A DNA stretch of 24,808 nucleotides from a virus (IMGVR_UViG_3300048890_000030:1-24808); one strand, 5' to 3'. Shown: positions 17,024 through 24,340, counted from the stretch's first letter. Numbers and translations are program-made. The notes: generated by a model from the sequence alone, not told the origin.

Positions 17024-18259
17024 TTAAAAGCCGGCTTCCTCAAGCGGAACCGTGCCCGCGTGGCCTTGAAAAACCGTCTCATTATTGCGCGGTTTCGCTT
17101 CGGGACGGGGATCGGAAAGCGGCGCAATCGTGAGGCCAGCGCTATCCGGCTTGAAACCATATTCCAGCGCCAATTCCTTGCCCCGGCTGGACAGCTTTTC
17201 GATTTGCGCAGGGCTGCGGATTTCCTTCGGCGCATAGGCTTTGTCACCGAAAGCTTCGAGCAGCGCCGCTTGCGCGCCGGGTTTCCAGACGCGAGCAACC
17301 TTTTTCTCGACGAGCTTCGCGCTCGGGATCGAACCCGGCTTTGCGATCATCCGGGCGCGCACGGTGTTTTCCAGCGCGGTCATGAAGCGACGGGCATATT
17401 CGCGTTGGGAATAAAGCTCGTCCAATTCTGCGTTCGTAAGCATGGTGATAAAATCCTCGCCAGCGTCCGCATAGGTGCGGAACGCGCGTTGCATGACAAT
17501 GCAGTCCAGAAGGACCGGGCAAAACTGGCAGTGATCGCCGGGCACATGATCGGCCTCGGTCGGTTCGCAATCCACGTCCGTTCCCGTGAGAAAATTCATC
17601 CGGGGCAGAAGCTCGTTGTCCAGCCAGTCGAGCACGAAGCCGACCGTAGTTTCCCAAATGTCCGGCTCTTCAAAGATGCCGTAGAAATTGGGCTGCACGA
17701 TCCCGAGCGACACGCGGAGATCACGGGGAGCACCGCCGTTAGGCCAGATGGATTTGACCATGAGCGCGCCATAATAGAGCAACTGCTTGTTGCCCTGTGC
17801 GTGGACGCCGACGCCTTCGCCGTTTTTATAGTCCCGCAGGAAAAGCCCGTGCCGCAGCGACCAAAGCCCGAAATCGACCGTGCCCTTGAACAGCGGATGA
17901 ATTTCGGGGAGGTGGATCGTGCTTTCCAGCATCAACGAGCTTTCGGGACCGCCGTAATTTTCCAGCAGCTTTTGGCACTCGTTGAAATAGATTTGCACGG
18001 CGTCGAGCGCAATCCCGTCCGGCCAGCCGGCCAGATACCCGTTGAAATCTTCGCCGAGATATTCGTAGGGCTCGCGGTCATCTTCGATGGCCTTCGCACC
18101 TAGCTCATGCGCGCCGGTTCCCCTGTCTGCATATTCGCTCGGTGTGTCCTCGAATTGACCAGTCATAATTTGCTGGCGCTGGATGAGGAACGAAGCGGTG
18201 CAGTTGAAAAACCGATGCGCGCCAGAGCCCCCGAGCGGGGAATGCTCTAGCTCGATCAT
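17024..18259 (-). CDS. DUF2800-family Cas4-like PD-(D/E)XK exonuclease
   Basis: HSPLGGSGAHRFFNC, GTGAHE, GTVDF...DYKNG...QLLYY and PGDHCQFCP...C. ATGA-coupled start at 18259. Confidence 0.9.
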   Translation of the reverse strand: MIELEHSPLGGSGAHRFFNCTASFLIQRQQIMTGQFEDTPSEYADRGTGAHELGAKAIEDDREPYEYLGEDFNGYLAGWPDGIALDAVQIYFNECQKLLENYGGPESSLMLESTIHLPEIHPLFKGTVDFGLWSLRHGLFLRDYKNGEGVGVHAQGNKQLLYYGALMVKSIWPNGGAPRDLRVSLGIVQPNFYGIFEEPDIWETTVGFVLDWLDNELLPRMNFLTGTDVDCEPTEADHVPGDHCQFCPVLLDCIVMQRAFRTYADAGEDFITMLTNAELDELYSQREYARRFMTALENTVRARMIAKPGSIPSAKLVEKKVARVWKPGAQAALLEAFGDKAYAPKEIRSPAQIEKLSSRGKELALEYGFKPDSAGLTIAPLSDPRPEAKPRNNETVFQGHAGTVPLEEAGF

Positions 18260-18513
18260 AGGTCGAATTCCTGCGCGGGCTTGGCCGGCTGGACCGGCTT
18301 CGGGAGATCGCACCAGAATTCGGGATTGATGATCCACACGCCGTAACCGCATGTGTCCACCACGTCGAATTTCCCAATGCGCTCCTGCGTCACTTTGGCG
18401 GCGCTGGTGAGAGGTTCGGCGGCGTAAAGCTCGCTCTCGATTTCCCCGCCGCAAACCAGAAAAGGTTCGCTGCTATGCGGGGCCGTGGAAATGTGTTTCC
18501 AGTCCTTTGCCAT
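18256..18513 (-). CDS. DUF551-like small protein ending in QEFDL
   Basis: WKHISTAP...FWCDLPKP pattern, AGGAG RBS. Confidence 0.75.
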   Translation of the reverse strand: MAKDWKHISTAPHSSEPFLVCGGEIESELYAAEPLTSAAKVTQERIGKFDVVDTCGYGVWIINPEFWCDLPKPVQPAKPAQEFDL

Positions 18514-18533
18514 GATTGGCTCCTATGTCGTCG

Positions 18534-18560
18534 GCTTCATCGTGGTTTCTTCGTGGTTGC
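18534..18560 (-). repeat. 27-nt leader repeat, copy B
   Basis: GCAACCACGAAGAAACCACGATGAAGC on the - strand, 25/27 identical to 16955-16981, shortly upstream of an AGGAG RBS. Confidence 0.85.
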
Positions 18561-18640
18561 CCGCAGATTACACGCTGCGGGCGCCGTGGCGACCCTTCGG
18601 GGTTTATCGGAGCTTCGCTCTTTCTAGCCCCGCAGGCAAC
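18556..18640 (-). other. Highly structured intergenic segment (candidate cis-regulatory RNA)
   Basis: Several nested inverted repeats, detailed in the findings. No known family recognised. Confidence 0.45.
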
Positions 18641-18644
18641 TCAA

Positions 18645-19382
18645 TTAACCAGCGAATTCGATGCCGGCTTTAGCCTCGATAGCGGCGGCGAACGCAGCGC
18701 GCTTGTCCTCGGGGATATTCCGCGAATGCGGCGTCTCGCCCTCGGTGACATATTCGGCGATGATCGCCTTGACGGGCGCCGGATCGCCGAGCTTCACCGC
18801 AGCCTGATTGCAGAGCGCGCCGAGATCGGCATCGGTCCACTTGCGCGACGGCACGCTGGCCTTCGCGCTGGCGTCCTCGGCGTCGGTCTTGGCGGCAGCG
18901 GCACGGAAGGCGGCGAATTCGTCGTCATCGTCCGCAGTCGAAGCCGGGGCGGGGTCCGCTTGGGTCGCACCCTGGCCGGACGCAGAAGTCGGAGACGTTG
19001 CCGTGTCGGTGCCAGTGCCCTTTGGGAAACCGGGGAGATCGGCCGGGCGGCTCACGCCGACCTTCATACGCCAATAGCCGTCCTTCGTGGTGCCGCGCGT
19101 CGAAGCGTGAAGATCGGCCGACCACGGATGACCGCCTGCATCGACCTCGTTCGGATCACCAGCCGGCGCCGTCTCGGTGGAGGCGACTGCGGGAGCAGCT
19201 TCCGTTGCCGATGCGGCCGGTGCGTCCGAAGTGGGCGACGGCTGCACCGAGACGGGCTTTCCCGAACCGGAAACCGCGACCGCTGCGAGCGACGCGCCGC
19301 CGAGCAGGGCATAGACCGCCGTAAGCTGTTCGCTGGACAGCACGGTAATCGCGACTGTCAGGGGATGCTCAAATTTACTCAT
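18645..19382 (-). CDS. Ala/Pro/Thr-rich phage replication-module protein
   Basis: A DAGGHPWSADLHAS...DGYWRMKVGV motif and a C-terminal helical domain are separated by low-complexity linkers. This type of gene typically precedes DUF2800 genes. Confidence 0.75.
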   Translation of the reverse strand: MSKFEHPLTVAITVLSSEQLTAVYALLGGASLAAVAVSGSGKPVSVQPSPTSDAPAASATEAAPAVASTETAPAGDPNEVDAGGHPWSADLHASTRGTTKDGYWRMKVGVSRPADLPGFPKGTGTDTATSPTSASGQGATQADPAPASTADDDDEFAAFRAAAAKTDAEDASAKASVPSRKWTDADLGALCNQAAVKLGDPAPVKAIIAEYVTEGETPHSRNIPEDKRAAFAAAIEAKAGIEFAG

Positions 19383-19386
19383 TTCC

Positions 19387-21225
19387 TTAACCTTCCTTCT
19401 GATCGAGAACGCGGTGGATCACGTTCATTTTTTCCAGTGCCTTCACCAGAATTTTTTCGGATATGGAGCCGGGAGCGACAAATAATTCTGCGCTAACCAA
19501 ATTCTCCTGCCCGATCCTGTCTAGCCGTGAAACGGCCTGTTCATTCTGCGCCGGCACCCAATCAGGTTCGGCGAGGTAGCAACGAGAGCAAACTTTTTGG
19601 AGGCCGTCCAAGCCAGTGCCCGCTGCTTGAATATTCCCGAGGAACACACGCACATTAGGCTTTCCCACAAAATCGTCAACGGCTTTTTGCCGTGCGTTGG
19701 GGCTTTTACGCCCGTCAACGCGAACGGTTCCATAGCGGGACAATTCTTCCTCGAAAATGTCGAGCACTTCTAGGTGCCACGCGAAGATGGTTAGCTTTTC
19801 CTCGGACCCTTCAAGGAATTCCCGTGCGTAGTCGGCAATGTGCGGTGCGAGCGCAATTCCCATCTGCCTACGGACGGCGGCAATGTGCCCTAAAACCTCG
19901 AAATCTTTAGTCGTCTGGATATCCTCAATGGAAATCCCAAGCATTCCCTCGGCGTCGAGCGCGTCTTTGATCGCACCGCCGGCTTCGGAGATTTTCACCA
20001 GCCCGTAGCGCGGTGGCTTCATGAATTTCAGCACGTCTTTTTTCTCGTGCCGGGCCATGATGTTCACGCGCAAGCGGTTCTGCAATTCCAATTCCAGCGA
20101 CGTGCTTTCGAGCTTGAACCGCTTCCCCTCAATCGTGACCATATCGGCCTGTTTGTTGTAGCGATCCTTGAAATCTTCCTCGCTCATGAAATCGATCGAT
20201 TCATGGTCGAAGTGCCGGAACAGCACGTAGCATTCGCTCGGCCGGTTGAGTAGCAGGGTTCCCGTGAGCGCGATCCGGTCGCGGCAGTATCCGGCAATCG
20301 CCGTCATCTTCACGTCGCCGTGCTGATATTCGCCCCGGCCATTCCCGAGGATCGCTCGCGTCGTGAGAGCGTCGATATTCTTCATTTTGTGGGCTTCGTC
20401 GCAAATCAGCACGTCCCAATCATATTTGGAAATCGCCCGGATGATCGCGGGATTTCTCGCCGCGTCATAGGAAAGCACCTGATAATTTGCGGTCGGATGA
20501 ATTCCGTCCTTCACCTTGAGCATGACCGACGCTTTGACGTTGGGGATCGTGCTCCACGCGCGGATGACCTCGCCCCATTGCAGCCGCACGGACGCCGGGA
20601 CGATCACGAGCACGCGATGCGCTTCGACCTCGTTGCAATAGGCGATGCTCGTCGGTGTCTTGCCTAGCCCCGGCTGGTCGCCGTTGATCCCGCCGCGCCG
20701 CTTCAAGAGATAGTCGAGCGTGGCTTTCTGGTAATCCCAAAGCTCTTTGCCCGGCGGCAGCTTCCGCGTGCCCATGCCGTCGAGCGCCCGGCTCAAGTCG
20801 ATCATACGCTTGAACGGTGCGAGGCCGGGGCAATCAGGATTAGCGAGATCAGCCAGGGCGTAGGGGTTCGTCGCGAACAGCACGGCTTTCTCGCGCGAGC
20901 TTGCCGCCGTGGAGAATGTGACGCCGCGATAGGCCATCATGTCGGCGATGAGTTTTTTCACGTCCGGCCCGGTCGGGACCTCGCAAATATAATTCGCGCC
21001 GTTCTGCCAAACCTTCATTCCGGGCTTCCTTGCTTTCTTCTCTTGCTCGAATTTCGGTTGTTCTCTGACTGCGGCCATAAAGCCGTCCATCCAAGACTTG
21101 CGGTGCTCGAACCTCGTGTAAGGGCATTTCGAGCCCGGCACTTGTGCGTCCGCCAAACCCTTCGCGTAGGCTTTTTGCAGGCCCTTAACATAGCCAGCCT
21201 CTTGAGGGGTTTCGCGAAATCTCAC
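19387..21225 (-). CDS. SNF2-family (SF2) helicase with an N-terminal RMF/CrpP-like extension
   Basis: LWDYQ, DQPGLGKT (motif I), DEAH (II), LTGT (III), AAGTGLDG (V), QAVSRLDRIGQ (VI). GTG at 21225 is GTGA-coupled. An alternative ATG at 21018 has an AAGGAAG RBS. Confidence 0.9.
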   Translation of the reverse strand: MRFRETPQEAGYVKGLQKAYAKGLADAQVPGSKCPYTRFEHRKSWMDGFMAAVREQPKFEQEKKARKPGMKVWQNGANYICEVPTGPDVKKLIADMMAYRGVTFSTAASSREKAVLFATNPYALADLANPDCPGLAPFKRMIDLSRALDGMGTRKLPPGKELWDYQKATLDYLLKRRGGINGDQPGLGKTPTSIAYCNEVEAHRVLVIVPASVRLQWGEVIRAWSTIPNVKASVMLKVKDGIHPTANYQVLSYDAARNPAIIRAISKYDWDVLICDEAHKMKNIDALTTRAILGNGRGEYQHGDVKMTAIAGYCRDRIALTGTLLLNRPSECYVLFRHFDHESIDFMSEEDFKDRYNKQADMVTIEGKRFKLESTSLELELQNRLRVNIMARHEKKDVLKFMKPPRYGLVKISEAGGAIKDALDAEGMLGISIEDIQTTKDFEVLGHIAAVRRQMGIALAPHIADYAREFLEGSEEKLTIFAWHLEVLDIFEEELSRYGTVRVDGRKSPNARQKAVDDFVGKPNVRVFLGNIQAAGTGLDGLQKVCSRCYLAEPDWVPAQNEQAVSRLDRIGQENLVSAELFVAPGSISEKILVKALEKMNVIHRVLDQKEG

Positions 21226-21464
21226 AAATCGAATTCCTGCGGGGCCGGAAGCACGGTCGGCTTCGTCTCGCCACGCTTGAACGCGGGCAGCGGCCCGACC
21301 CATCCAAAGACGGTGCCCGGCGGATTTCCCTGCCAGCCCGTTCCCATGTGCCAGATGCGGATTTGCTCAACGCACCAGAATTCGGAAATCGGGTCCTCGA
21401 CATAGGCGACATAGACGCCGCCGATAGGAGGCTTGCCCTTTCGGATTTTATAGTCGTCCATCAT
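21222..21464 (-). CDS. Small hypothetical (DUF551-like) protein ending in QEFDL
   Basis: PPIGGVYVAY...W...VFGWVGPLP. Coupled to its neighbours on both sides. Confidence 0.75.
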   Translation of the reverse strand: MMDDYKIRKGKPPIGGVYVAYVEDPISEFWCVEQIRIWHMGTGWQGNPPGTVFGWVGPLPAFKRGETKPTVLPAPQEFDL

Positions 21465-21796
21465 AGGTCGAATTCCAGTGCGGGCTTTTCAGCCGGTGGA
21501 CGGGGAAGCTGCTCGCCGAGGCGGACGCAGGCGCGGGCTTGATCGGCCAGCCGGGTCATAAGCGCCTCGAAAACCTCGGCGTCATAGGACAGGAGCATTT
21601 CCTTGATCGTGTCCAGAGCGAACCCGCCGAATTGCGCAGCAGCGATAATCCGGGCCTTGTCCATCTGATCGTCGGTGTAGCGGCGATTTCCGCCGTTCGA
21701 CCGTTCGACCGGGCCGAGCAAGTCTAGGTCCTCCCAATACCGGACGCCGCGTGCGGTAGTGCAGCCGGCCCGGCACATATCCTCAACGGTGTGCAT
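21461..21796 (-). CDS. MerR-family HTH transcriptional regulator ending in EFDL
   Basis: TARGVRYWEDLDLLGPVERSNGGNRRYT...GFALDTIKEML is the MerR N-domain pattern. TAATG-coupled ATG at 21796. Confidence 0.9.
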   Translation of the reverse strand: MHTVEDMCRAGCTTARGVRYWEDLDLLGPVERSNGGNRRYTDDQMDKARIIAAAQFGGFALDTIKEMLLSYDAEVFEALMTRLADQARACVRLGEQLPRPPAEKPALEFDL

Positions 21797-21957
21797 TAGA
21801 ATTGTCCTTCCCAAATCACTTGCGGCGGGTAGAGCCCTTTCCGCAATTTGAATTCATGCGTTTTCTGTTCCTTCGTCGAGCGGCAGTGCCCGCACTTCCG
21901 GTCATAGCGGGACTGATAGCCCCGGCCGCACTGGCAAACTTTAGAGCGCAATCGCAT
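21796..21957 (-). CDS. 53-aa CxC...CxxC zinc-finger microprotein (not in the ORF track)
   Basis: MRLRSKVCQCGRGYQSRYDRKCGHCRSTKEQKTHEFKLRKGLYPPQVIWEGQF. GAGGA RBS; its stop overlaps the MerR ATG. Confidence 0.75.
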   Translation of the reverse strand: MRLRSKVCQCGRGYQSRYDRKCGHCRSTKEQKTHEFKLRKGLYPPQVIWEGQF

Positions 21958-22360
21958 GGCGAAAATCCTCTTCCGTTTTTATGACCCTCGGCCAATGATG
22001 GATACGCTCGACAACGAAGAATTGCCGATAGCCGAAGTCCAGCCGGGGGAGATCGGCATAGTCCAATTCAAATTCCAGCCGCCGGGCGGATTTCGGAACG
22101 GCAGGCCAGCGGGTCGAATGACCGACCGCGATAGCCAGGGCGGGCCACATAGGCGCCAATTCCTCGGCGGTGTAAAAAGGTCGCACCTCCCAATGGGGAA
22201 GCCATGCGCGGACGGCCTGCGCGTCGGGATCATTGACGGGGCGGGCAAAAGCCCAATCCTCCATTTCCTGCTTCCACTGCGCAATCACGCCCGGCCGGTT
22301 GCCCGTGGCCTTCATCGCTTTGACGATGGCGTGCGTCTCGCCTTTCCAGAAATCGTTCAT
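21941..22360 (-). CDS. Hypothetical protein (139 aa)
   Basis: ATGA-coupled to the primase-helicase gene, GGAG RBS. Confidence 0.75.
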   Translation of the reverse strand: MNDFWKGETHAIVKAMKATGNRPGVIAQWKQEMEDWAFARPVNDPDAQAVRAWLPHWEVRPFYTAEELAPMWPALAIAVGHSTRWPAVPKSARRLEFELDYADLPRLDFGYRQFFVVERIHHWPRVIKTEEDFRHAIAL

Positions 22361-24264
22361 AGGTCATACTCCCGCGTCGGAATTGCCCATTGCCCCTTGG
22401 TCGGCTTGAGCGAAACTAGCTCGTCGTTCTTCGCCAGTTGCTTGCGGACCAAATCTTTTTCGATCCCGTGCGTCCCGGCGATTTCCTGCACAAGCGTTGC
22501 GTCGCTGCATTCCCCGCCTTGGCTCGCGATCACTTTCATGACTTCCAACATTGACGCCCAATCGTAACGGGATTTCTGCGGCTTTCCGCTCGTCGCCTCG
22601 GGAAGTGCTCCCGTCCGCGCCAGCACGATAGACGAACCAAATTCCTTTGGCTCAAAATAGCTGATTTCGTCGCTCACGTCCGCGTCTTTTTGCTTCTTCA
22701 CGCGAAGCTCTGTCCCGCCTTGACGCAATTTCGTGGAAATCACCGTGTCCATATTCGCGTAAAAAGCCGACGAGCCGCGAGCGCCCTTCGATTGATCCTT
22801 GCCGGTATGGTGGATCGCGAGCACGAAGCATTCATAATAGCGGGCAAGCTGCTCCATGAAATTTGTGACTATGCTCGCGTCCTTCGTGTTGTTTTCGTCC
22901 ATGCCGGTGAGCAGGCGCGTTAGCGTGTCGATCACGATCAAGGCGGGCTTGGCCTTCAATTCCCCGAGATCGGCCTTGATATGCTCCCATGCGTCGGAAT
23001 CTGTGTAGAACGGCACGCGGTCTTTGATGATAAAGCGATGATCGTTCCGAAATTCGATCCCCTGCCAGTCCATCCACGCGGGCCAGCGTTTCCGCGCCGT
23101 CGCAACGGGACCCTCGCCAGCGAGAAAAAGCACGTCGTTTTTCACGGGCGGCGCGTTCCATTGGCCGGGCACGCCGAACGCCAAGCACAAGGCCATGTCC
23201 AGCGACAAAAAGGATTTGAACGAGCCGCTTTCGCCGTAGATCATTCCCGTGCCGTTCGCGGGCAGCACGCCGGGAATTAGCCACTCGGGATCGCGCACGT
23301 TGTCGGCGTAATCATGCAGCCACTTCAATTTGTCGCGGCTGCGGTCCTCTGGTGCCTCGGGCTCGAATTGCTGCCCGACGAACGCGGCAAAAGCATCTTC
23401 GTTCGCCTGAAATCCTTTAACGCCGCCCTCGGTATCTTCTCCGTAGGCAGCGGCATTGCGGATAATGCCCTCAAGCTCCCAATCGTCCCATGGCGGCGAA
23501 CATGCCGGGTTCCAGTGCTCCCACATGAGATCGAAGCACACGCCGGGGGAAATCGCCTTGTCGAGAATTGAGGCGCAAACCTGAAAGGCTAGATTGTTGC
23601 CGCCTTTACCCTGGATAGAGACGCGGCCGGTTTCCACGTAGTTTTTCAGGAGATCGAGCGCCCACGCGACATTGCGGGGCTTGTCCGCGTCCGGGTTCTT
23701 CGCGAGCCCTAGCGTGTCGGTTTTCTTCCGCTCGGGAATAATCGCCTGCATGAAGTCGGGTAGCGGCTGGATCGTGCCGCCGGGCAGCGCCGTGTAATTG
23801 CCATCAACGCGGCCGGGTCCGGCCTTGGTCTTGCTGCCCGGCAGGACGACATAGCCGCCCGAGACTATGCGGCCCTCGCGCTGGATACCGCCGCGCGTGT
23901 CGATACCATCGGCGATGCGGCTGGCAGTGCTCGGGCCTTCGCCCTTGAAATAGACGTGCAAGCCGCCCTTGGGCGTGCGAACCTGAAAGGCAGCGTCAAC
24001 GGCTTGTCTGATAACCGGATCGCGCTCTAGCAGCTTCGCCCACCAGTCAAGGCCGTTGGGGTCGATATCGAAAACGAAAAGGCCGGATGGACCGCAGGCG
24101 ACGCCCCAATTGATTTCGGTGCCTAGGGCGCGTTGCCATTCCGCAATCTGTGCGGGGTCGCTGCTTGCGTCTTTCCAGCCGTTCTTTGTCGCCGGGTCTT
24201 TTGTGCCAGCGATGATCGGAAAAACCTTGCAGCCCCGGAGAATGTCGGGTAATCCTTGCAACAC
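22357..24264 (-). CDS. Bifunctional primase/polymerase (Prim-Pol) fused to a RepA/AAA_25-type helicase, ending in EYDL
   Basis: VFPI...KDP...GWKDASSD...NWGVACGPSGLFVFDID and TPKGGLHVYF (Prim-Pol). GESGSFKS (Walker A), LIVIDTL (Walker B), IHHTGK and RGSSA (RepA-type helicase). Confidence 0.92.
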   Translation of the reverse strand: MLQGLPDILRGCKVFPIIAGTKDPATKNGWKDASSDPAQIAEWQRALGTEINWGVACGPSGLFVFDIDPNGLDWWAKLLERDPVIRQAVDAAFQVRTPKGGLHVYFKGEGPSTASRIADGIDTRGGIQREGRIVSGGYVVLPGSKTKAGPGRVDGNYTALPGGTIQPLPDFMQAIIPERKKTDTLGLAKNPDADKPRNVAWALDLLKNYVETGRVSIQGKGGNNLAFQVCASILDKAISPGVCFDLMWEHWNPACSPPWDDWELEGIIRNAAAYGEDTEGGVKGFQANEDAFAAFVGQQFEPEAPEDRSRDKLKWLHDYADNVRDPEWLIPGVLPANGTGMIYGESGSFKSFLSLDMALCLAFGVPGQWNAPPVKNDVLFLAGEGPVATARKRWPAWMDWQGIEFRNDHRFIIKDRVPFYTDSDAWEHIKADLGELKAKPALIVIDTLTRLLTGMDENNTKDASIVTNFMEQLARYYECFVLAIHHTGKDQSKGARGSSAFYANMDTVISTKLRQGGTELRVKKQKDADVSDEISYFEPKEFGSSIVLARTGALPEATSGKPQKSRYDWASMLEVMKVIASQGGECSDATLVQEIAGTHGIEKDLVRKQLAKNDELVSLKPTKGQWAIPTREYDL

Positions 24265-24268
24265 ACTG

Positions 24269-24340
24269 CTCCCATGAAGGCAGTCCCACGAACCCGCCGA
24301 GTGCCCATGCTCGGCGGGTTTTTGCTTATGTTCCCCTAGG
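24269..24340 (-). promoter_or_regulatory. Structured intergenic leader, copy 2 (CCTAGGG - 11-bp hairpin - GCCTTCATGGGAG)
   Basis: The 13-mer is identical to 16113-16125 and the element has the same overall layout. Confidence 0.55.
24291..24323 (+). terminator. Intrinsic terminator-like hairpin with its U-tract on the + (antisense) strand
   Basis: AACCCGCCGAG-N8-CTCGGCGGGTT followed by TTT on the + strand. Confidence 0.55.

Noticed and set aside
17024-18259. Cas4-like nuclease near short repeats, suggesting CRISPR
   Set aside because: DUF2800 is a normal partner of DUF2815 SSB and PolA. The 27-nt repeats are 1.6 kb apart with genes between them, so there is no repeat-spacer array.
18534-18640. 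Hammerhead ribozyme, tRNA or c-di-GMP riboswitch
   Set aside because: I could not find the CUGAUGA/GAAA core, a T-loop/cloverleaf or the GEMM consensus by eye.
21015-21191. Alternative-frame ORF (MLRACKKP...GSPE) ending in an ATGA overlap with the internal helicase start
   Set aside because: It has no recognisable features, while the overlapping frame carries the RMF-like motif and a coupled GTG start. It is not fully excluded.
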